Shown one piece after another: positions 18,294 through 24,145 of a DNA stretch of 24,145 nucleotides. Under the pieces are notes generated by a model. The model made no database searches, had not been told where the DNA came from, and saw only the letters and a list, made by a program, of their open reading frames with translations. This DNA comes from Clostridiales bacterium UBA1381 (GTDB lineage Bacteria; Bacillota; Clostridia; UBA1381), in the NCBI GenBank assembly GCA_002305435.1, contig DBQZ01000129.1, positions 1 to 24,145 on the forward strand, read 5' to 3'. Each line of letters opens with the position of its first letter. The stretch's first letter is position 1. The position numbers and the translations under genes are program-made.

Positions 18294-19232
18294 GCAAAAC
18301 ACATTCCCGGCCAGCAGGGACTGGCCTCGGGTGTTGAGAGGAACACGGCGCTCCTGTTCGGCAGAATTGGCACGGGAAGTGCGGATATGCTGTGCGGCCT
18401 CAAAGAGTTCCGGCGGGATAATCTGCAAGTGCAGCAGCACTTGGGATCGGCTATCGCCGCTGCGGAGTACGCCGGTATAGGTGAGGTTGCAGATGATACC
18501 CCGGATGCTGGCGTGGTGCCACATCTTACCCGACCTTGCCCGATACCCGAGCTTATTCAGATAGGTGGCGATCCGCTGGGCTCCGTAGCCCTCATGCACA
18601 TACTTGTCAAAGATAATCCGCACCACAGCGGCCTCGGCCTCGTTGACAACCAGCTCATAAACCTCATGCTTTCGCTTGTTGAAGCGGCCACTTTTTACGA
18701 GATCGTAGCCGTAGGGAGCAAGCCCGCCTTTGAAACCGCCGTCCTCGACAAGCTGGCCGAGGGCGGTTTTTGTGCGGATAGAAGTCTTTTCGCTTTCACC
18801 GTCAGCTTGCCAGAAGCGGATATAGTTGGTGAGTTTGTCGGTGTGGGTATCAAAACGCTGCTCACCCTCTTGGGTACTCCATACCCGGATGCCGTTCTTG
18901 ACAAACCATTCCACCACAAAGGGCGTTTCGTCAGCGATACGCCCGATGCGGTCAAACATGAACACCAGCAGAATATCGAACTTGCCCTGCTTGGCCCGTT
19001 CTTTGATGATTTGGAGTTTGTCGCGGTTTTCGGCCCGTACCTTGTGGCCGGATACGCCGTCCTCCTGTTCTTCGTGAACAATCGTCCAGCCCATCTTTTC
19101 ACAGAAGCGGTGGCACTCTCTGCGCTGCATGGGGATGTCGGCTTGGCTTTTATCGTCATAGTCCACTTGCTTGTCGGTGGACACTCTATACAAACAGTCA
19201 ACGCGAGTTCCGATAAGAATGTTATTTTCCAT
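18237..19232 (-). pseudogene. Large serine recombinase, truncated at the start of its zinc ribbon
   Basis: CLYRVSTDKQ catalytic Ser, FMFDRIGR, recombinase domain GGLAPYGY...IICNLTYTG. Native sequence ends at LLAGNVFC (18294), followed by 18 residues read from antisense helicase DNA. RBS GAAAGGA before ATG 19232. Confidence 0.85.
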
Positions 19233-19304
19233 ATTGATCCGTCCTTTCATTTGTCATAAGGGCAAACCAAAAGAGCGAATCAATACGCGGGAGATATGAA
19301 CTTT

Positions 19305-19523
19305 TCAAGGTACATAGGGGCTACCCCCACTATTATTATCGCTCCGATTGGGGTGGATTGCAAGGATGTCGCCGTGGGTATGCTTGGCGGCATTGTTGGC
19401 AAAAGAGGATAGCAAAATCTGTTTCACATGGCCGAGGGCCGTTGTGTTTCTGCTATCGGCAAAGGTAGCGGATATTTGATAACCGTCAATGGCGAAAGTG
19501 GTTAATTCTCTTGTGCGCTCCAT
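19305..19523 (-). CDS. Small hypothetical protein upstream of the recombinase
   Basis: Strong RBS GAAGGAGG, 72 aa, co-oriented between the sigma-like and recombinase genes. Confidence 0.65.
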   Translation of the reverse strand: MERTRELTTFAIDGYQISATFADSRNTTALGHVKQILLSSFANNAAKHTHGDILAIHPNRSDNNSGGSPYVP

Positions 19524-19586
19524 AGATGACCTCCTTCACAAATGGCGTAGAACTGATTGATCCCCGTTGTCTGTTGGGGAAACACG

Positions 19587-19621
19587 AAAAGGCGGCACCC
19601 GCGATTGGGTGTCGCCCTTTT
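19587..19621. terminator. Probable bidirectional terminator hairpin
   Basis: AAAA-GGCGGCACCC-GCGATT-GGGTGTCGCC-CTTTT. Confidence 0.55.
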
Positions 19622-19975
19622 GCCTTTCTCCACATTGGGACAATTTGTCTCGAAGTTAGAATAAGGAGCGCCGCGCTCATTTTCTTGGCCCGTCATAAGA
19701 CAGCTATACTCGGCGCGACGCTCCTTGCTGGGGTGGTGCGGCAGCTCCGGGGGACAGGCTGCCAGCCTGTCCACTCGCGGATCGTGGCCGTGGGGTGGCA
19801 AGTCCCCACTTGCGGCGTTGGTGTGGATCGCTCGTCCTCCGTGTTGGAGAAGTCCTGGCGCACCCGCCGCCCGGCTCCTCGCACTATGCCCGGAGCCGCC
19901 GCTATTCAGTTGTGGAGAGGATCAACTCCTCTCATATACCAAGGACATTTGGAAGATGTTTTTTAACCCCCTACA

Positions 19976-20395
19976 TCAAACATTTTGCAAATATTTTTTC
20001 ATGGACTTCAAACCCTGCTGGATAGATTTATGTACGGCGGCCACGCTTACGCCATCGGCCTCGGCAACCTCAGTCATGCTCTTGCCTTCAATGATACAGG
20101 CATCAATGCGAAGCCCCTGCGTTTCGGGCAAAGTGTTCAGCGCGTTCCACAGATCGCAGAAACGCTCCATGCGCTCCAGCAGCTCCTGCGGGGTCGGCTC
20201 GGAAAGGCAGGCAGAGTATTCGATCCCATCATCACAGTCGAGGGAATACTGTGCCTTATTGCGGATTATCCGCCGCTGGTAGGCAGCCTCATACAGCTTG
20301 TCGGCCCGCAGCTCGGCGGCCACTTCATCGGAAACTTCGATATATTCATCATGGGTGTGCCAAGAGTAAAAGTCCTTCAGATTGATAGTAGTCAT
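19976..20395 (-). CDS. Sigma-70 region 4 (ECF-like) regulator of mobile elements
   Basis: MTTINLKDFY...EVSDEVA...KAQYSLD...LWNALNTLPETQ...EGKSMTEVAEADGVSVAAVHKSIQQGLKSMKK HTH; RBS GGAGG. Confidence 0.88.
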   Translation of the reverse strand: MTTINLKDFYSWHTHDEYIEVSDEVAAELRADKLYEAAYQRRIIRNKAQYSLDCDDGIEYSACLSEPTPQELLERMERFCDLWNALNTLPETQGLRIDACIIEGKSMTEVAEADGVSVAAVHKSIQQGLKSMKKYLQNV

Positions 20396-20515
20396 TATAT
20401 TTTCCTCCGTTCAGATTTTTGTTGTGGGTGGACGATCTGAACGGGGGATGGCGGGGATCGGCAGCCGGGGCCGCCCCTGCCTACCTCGGGACAACTTGTC
20501 CCAAGGTGGGTATAG

Positions 20516-20554
20516 AAAAACGCGCTCGCATGGCGTGATGCCACACAAGCGCGT
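20516..20554 (-). terminator. Intrinsic terminator upstream of the sigma-like gene
   Basis: Minus strand ACGCGCTTGTGTGGC-ATCAC-GCCATGCGAGCGCGT-TTTT; three G.U pairs form only on this strand. Confidence 0.65.
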
Positions 20555-20754
20555 GAAATGACATTATTCTTAATGTACTGGCAAATTTCGCGTCCAATGC
20601 CGGACTTGCCCGGAGGGGGAGCTACGCTTTTTTTAGCTGGTGAAGATCATGCGTACTATGAAAAAGCAAAATGAACACGACGATCCCTCCTCGGAAACCG
20701 CCGTGTTCCTCATAAAGTCGTCGTATAACGCGGCGGCTTTAATTGACAGCCGCC

Positions 20755-20807
20755 GAAAACAAAAGAGCCGATAATCCGCGCCTGAGGGCTAACGGGTTAT
20801 CGGCTCT
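20755..20807 (-). terminator. Terminator overlapping the end of the KTR gene
   Basis: AGAGCCGATAACCCG / CGGATTATCGGCTCT 15-bp stem with one mismatch, followed by TTTGTTTT on the minus strand. Confidence 0.7.
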
Positions 20808-20994
20808 GCGTCTGTGCGTCTGGCTCTGTGATAACTAAAATCTTAAATTTTTCTACGCTGATTAAAGTTTCTTGTTTGCATTTAGGACAAAACAAAGGAA
20901 AGTTTTTCAGCTCAGTATCTAACCGCAGCTTGATACGAGTTTTACTGTTACAGACAGGACATAGCAGCCACTCGAAGCTATCCATATCGTTCAT
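20797..20994 (-). CDS. Cysteine-rich KTR domain protein
   Basis: WLLCPVCNSKTRIKLRLDTELKNFPLFCPKCKQETLI...EPDAQTQSR; ATG 20994 abuts the permease stop codon. Confidence 0.9.
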   Translation of the reverse strand: MNDMDSFEWLLCPVCNSKTRIKLRLDTELKNFPLFCPKCKQETLISVEKFKILVITEPDAQTQSR

Positions 20995-20995
20995 T

Positions 20996-21781
20996 TCAAA
21001 TTTCCCTGAGCGTCCAAACTTTTTGAGCTGTGATAACAGAACCAATCGCAATTATCATAGCCAATAGGAAGAACGAAAACTGTATTCCACTTATTGCCAC
21101 TGTGTAAACATCGAAGAATTTTAATGGCGTTAAGCAGTACAGCATTGGAGCTTCAAGATATTCGGCGGTGATGCTGATGCCATAAAAGAGCAATAATATT
21201 CCCGCGCCTATCCGAACAGCCCCTTTATAGGTTCTCGTCAGGCTGGAGGCCAGAAGCGTGATTGCAAACAAAGTCAACCCTGTCAAAAACAGGCCCAATG
21301 TGGTGGTAAAAGCAGCGTTTCTTTGCTCTAAACCGCCTAGCGGTAAAATGGCGGTAAAATAATTACATAACCCGCTGAATACCGCAAGTGCAAGCAAATT
21401 ACATACACAGGCAACTGCTTTGGCACAGACAACCTTGTTGCGACCCACTGGTTTTGTAAATAGATATTCTGCCGTTCCCTGCGCCTGTTCTTTCGCTACA
21501 CACGAAACACCGAGATAGACCGCATAGCTGTTGGTTAGCATCGTGACCCAATAATACATACAGCCATACCAGCCCAAAGCAGAAGTCAGATCACCGCTCA
21601 CACCAAACATAGCTTTCAGAATTTTCGGAAAATTCGATATTAGCCCTGTCAGCTCATTGAGGCTTTCCTTTAGTGACAAATACTCAAAGTAAGCGAAGCC
21701 ACACAAAATCAAGACAATTCCCATCCAGATCAGCAGTAGTTTTCTTGTTAAGCGCAGCTCGTTTTTCACTAACGCCTTCAT
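20996..21781 (-). CDS. ABC-2 type transporter permease
   Basis: About 6 hydrophobic segments; KEQAQGTAEYLFTKPVGRNKV motif. Confidence 0.9.
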   Translation of the reverse strand: MKALVKNELRLTRKLLLIWMGIVLILCGFAYFEYLSLKESLNELTGLISNFPKILKAMFGVSGDLTSALGWYGCMYYWVTMLTNSYAVYLGVSCVAKEQAQGTAEYLFTKPVGRNKVVCAKAVACVCNLLALAVFSGLCNYFTAILPLGGLEQRNAAFTTTLGLFLTGLTLFAITLLASSLTRTYKGAVRIGAGILLLFYGISITAEYLEAPMLYCLTPLKFFDVYTVAISGIQFSFFLLAMIIAIGSVITAQKVWTLREI

Positions 21782-21793
21782 TCGTTTCCTCCT

Positions 21794-22585
21794 TTACACA
21801 GCCAACGCAATATCCCGCTTCAAGATTTTCCAGTATGCCAGCAGCGCAAACCCAAACAGCAGGAGCAGATACCAGAGCATATAGTCCCATGAATAAGTTC
21901 CAGCATTGTGGATTTCCGCTGGACTGAAAAAAGAAAACGGCGATAAAAAGCCGATTGCCCGGATATTGACAGTCCTCGAAAAAGAAGTGATACAATATTC
22001 CACAAACACAACCAATCCGGCTGTCAGAAGTGGGGAACGATTATTGGGGTGAAATATTCCAACCATCAGTCCCAATAGTGCAAAAAAGAGGGAGATGAGA
22101 ATAAACGAACCTGCCACCAAGAAAAATTCCCCGATGGGAAATCCGAAACGGAACAGAGTCATCGTTAGAAATGAAGTCGCCAGATAAAAAATCCCTGTTA
22201 CACATATTCCGGCAAGCGCACATAGCAGCTTTCCCATATAAATCTGTTTCCGTCCACAAGGCTTTGTGTATAAGTATTCAGCCGTATTTCCCGTACACTC
22301 TTCTGTATGTAACGACAGCCCCAAGTGCATCCCGAAAATCCCCCCTGCAACCATAAAAAAGCCTGTGAGGAACGAGTACATACCAAGTGGCTCCATCAAT
22401 AGCTCCAGAGAAATACCAACCGTTTCAAAAAAGCCTCCCTGTGTAAATTCCACAGGCAAAGTTTCCACCGTTTCAATCATGCCATAATACACTGGCGTCA
22501 TGGAGAAGATACAGACCGCAAGAGTTGCGGCCCAAATCAGAATATATTTTCGTTTTCGTTTCCATTCAAATCGAAAAATCAACAT
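21794..22585 (-). CDS. ABC-2 type transporter permease
   Basis: About 6 hydrophobic segments; EECTGNTAEYLYTKPCGRKQI motif; paralogue of the next gene. Confidence 0.9.
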   Translation of the reverse strand: MLIFRFEWKRKRKYILIWAATLAVCIFSMTPVYYGMIETVETLPVEFTQGGFFETVGISLELLMEPLGMYSFLTGFFMVAGGIFGMHLGLSLHTEECTGNTAEYLYTKPCGRKQIYMGKLLCALAGICVTGIFYLATSFLTMTLFRFGFPIGEFFLVAGSFILISLFFALLGLMVGIFHPNNRSPLLTAGLVVFVEYCITSFSRTVNIRAIGFLSPFSFFSPAEIHNAGTYSWDYMLWYLLLLFGFALLAYWKILKRDIALAV

Positions 22586-22594
22586 AACGACCTC

Positions 22595-23482
22595 CTATTC
22601 GTAGTAGTGGAGGAATACTTCTTCCAATGACGGTTCCTCAATTAAAATATCCTCCAGCTCCAGCCGATGAAGCTGGTTCATAATCATCATAACTGGTCCG
22701 CTGAACATAAAGGATACAGAAGTCTTGCTCTTGTCCCACTCTAAATTAGCCGTACCGGGAACAGAAAAGAAATCCTCTGGAATGGCGCTTTTTGCTGTCA
22801 GCGAGATTTTCTTGTATCCGTTTTCCCGCAGTTCCTTCATGGATTGAACACTGATCAGCTTCCCCTCCCGCAGAATGGCTACACGGTCACAAAGTCTTTG
22901 CACCTCACTCAAAACGTGGGAGGACAGAAAAATGGTCACACCTCGTTTGTTTTCTTCTTTCAGAATATCATAGAAAGCCTGCTGGATGAGCGGGTCAAGG
23001 CCACTGGTAGGCTCGTCCATAATCAGCAACTTCGGAGAGGGTAACAGAGCCGACACAATGCCAACTTTTTTCTTGTTCCCTAAAGACAAATCGCCAATTC
23101 GCCTGGATAAGTCTAAATTCAACCGCTCCGCTAATTCTTCCATCCGGCTGTGGGCATTCACACCATAGAGTTCTGCTGTGTAGAAAAGCATTTCTTTTAC
23201 TTTCATATTGTTGTAGTAACAGTTTTCGCTGGGAAGATACCCCACATCCTTTGCGATACGGGCGGGCTCCCGACTACAATCTAACCCAAAGATAGAGGCT
23301 CCTCCGTTGGAGGGTTTCAGCAGGCCCATTAGAGTACGGATTGTGGTAGATTTTCCTGCTCCATTGGGGCCAATAAAGCCGAAAACCTCGCCTTGTTCAA
23401 CAGTAAAGCTAATGTTTTCAATTCCTCGATGTTTTCCATAGCTTTTTGTAAGTTCGTTTAGGACAATTACCGGCTTGCTCAT
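22595..23482 (-). CDS. ABC transporter ATP-binding protein (drug/peptide exporter type)
   Basis: Walker A GPNGAGKS, signature LSLGN, Walker B LIMDEPTSGLD, H-loop SSH. Confidence 0.95.
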   Translation of the reverse strand: MSKPVIVLNELTKSYGKHRGIENISFTVEQGEVFGFIGPNGAGKSTTIRTLMGLLKPSNGGASIFGLDCSREPARIAKDVGYLPSENCYYNNMKVKEMLFYTAELYGVNAHSRMEELAERLNLDLSRRIGDLSLGNKKKVGIVSALLPSPKLLIMDEPTSGLDPLIQQAFYDILKEENKRGVTIFLSSHVLSEVQRLCDRVAILREGKLISVQSMKELRENGYKKISLTAKSAIPEDFFSVPGTANLEWDKSKTSVSFMFSGPVMMIMNQLHRLELEDILIEEPSLEEVFLHYYE

Positions 23483-24084
23483 GGCAAATATTCCTCCTTG
23501 TAAAAGTTGTGTTTCAACATATCTAGGATGTTTCGAAACTCTTTCATCATGCTGTCATAATCCACTCCACTTTCCAACTGAACGGACATACCCTTTGCAA
23601 GCATCATAAGCATCTGAAACACTAATTCTGCATCCTCCGGGTGTCTGAATTTTTTATAATCCCGCTCATGCAGAACAAGCGATGCGATATATTTTTCATT
23701 TGCTTCTGAAAATATGGCACTTTTCAATTCAGGCGTTGGTTCCACTGCCACACTTGCAATAAACGACGCAATATGCGGGTGCTTTTTTAAGATTTCCACT
23801 TTCATAACGCTGGCTTCCCATACACGGTCAAAGAAATCCGTAGTTTCCTCCAATGCACTCGTGTTATAGGCTTGCTTCATTTGGGCAGCGCAGTAATCAA
23901 ATAAATACTGGTAAAGTGTCTGCTTATTTCCAAAATACTGGAATATAGACGCCTTTGAGATACCTGCCGCTACCGCAATACCATTGATTGACGTTTTTTC
24001 ATATCCATGTCTTGCGAAACAGGCAAGCGCCGCATTACGGATTGTTGCCTGTTTCTCCTGTGAAAGCGCTAAAAATTTTTCCAT
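23479..24084 (-). CDS. TetR/AcrR family transcriptional regulator
   Basis: AALACFARHGYEKTSINGIAVAAGISKASIFQYFGNKQTL HTH; RBS GAAGGAG; its stop overlaps the ATPase start (ATGA). Confidence 0.95.
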   Translation of the reverse strand: MEKFLALSQEKQATIRNAALACFARHGYEKTSINGIAVAAGISKASIFQYFGNKQTLYQYLFDYCAAQMKQAYNTSALEETTDFFDRVWEASVMKVEILKKHPHIASFIASVAVEPTPELKSAIFSEANEKYIASLVLHERDYKKFRHPEDAELVFQMLMMLAKGMSVQLESGVDYDSMMKEFRNILDMLKHNFYKEEYLP

Positions 24085-24100
24085 TACTATTCTGCTCCTT

Positions 24101-24137
24101 CAAATAACCGAATCGGTTATTTGTATACAGTGTAACA
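24101..24137 (-). promoter_or_regulatory. Putative TetR operator and extended -10 element
   Basis: Perfect palindrome CAAATAACCGA-A-TCGGTTATTTG (24101-24123); minus-strand TG-T-TACACT at 24137-24129; AAATAAC at the window end may begin a second operator. Confidence 0.75.
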
Positions 24138-24145
24138 TAAATAAC

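Larger units (their letters stand above)
18294..24145 (-). mobile_element. Small serine-recombinase element (IME/transposon-like) carrying a TetR-ABC exporter cassette, joined to the ICE methyltransferase/helicase gene
   Basis: Strand switch and visibly higher GC from 18294; gene order TetR-ABC-KTR-sigma70-small ORF-recombinase; the right end is outside the window. Confidence 0.8.

Noticed and set aside
18387..19259. 290-aa plus-strand ORF, and other long overlapping ORFs at 18695-20440
   Set aside because: Antisense or off-frame shadows of the GC-rich recombinase and sigma genes; no recognisable motifs.

Overview
The window holds two joined mobile elements of Firmicutes (Clostridia-like) type. 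Bases 1-~18293 (+ strand) are the conjugation and accessory module of a Tn1549/CTn-like integrative conjugative element (ICE). In order it carries: the 3' end of a Zn-metallopeptidase gene, prgI, a VirB4/TraE ATPase, a CD1108-type membrane protein without its usual wall-hydrolase domain, DUF4315, DUF4366, a Y-family (UmuC-like) polymerase plus YolD, a small HTH gene, a nonsense-interrupted ORF, topoisomerase III, an ArdC/MPTase/YodL polyvalent protein, TTRAP and a giant ArdC-N/MutS_I/N6-methyltransferase gene cut before its SNF2 helicase part. Bases ~18294-24145 (- strand) are a small serine-recombinase element: TetR, an ABC exporter, a Cys-rich KTR gene, a sigma-70-like gene, a small ORF and the recombinase, which is cut at the same junction. 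The top finding is at 13704-13911: a promoter, three 35-37 nt repeats that each fold into a covarying ToxI-type H-pseudoknot, and a terminator, with no ToxN toxin gene. This looks like an orphan type III antitoxin RNA inside the ICE anti-defence cluster. Second, a complete TnpV-like gene is overprinted in another frame inside the giant methyltransferase gene. Family assignments come from motif recognition and recall; no database searches were run.
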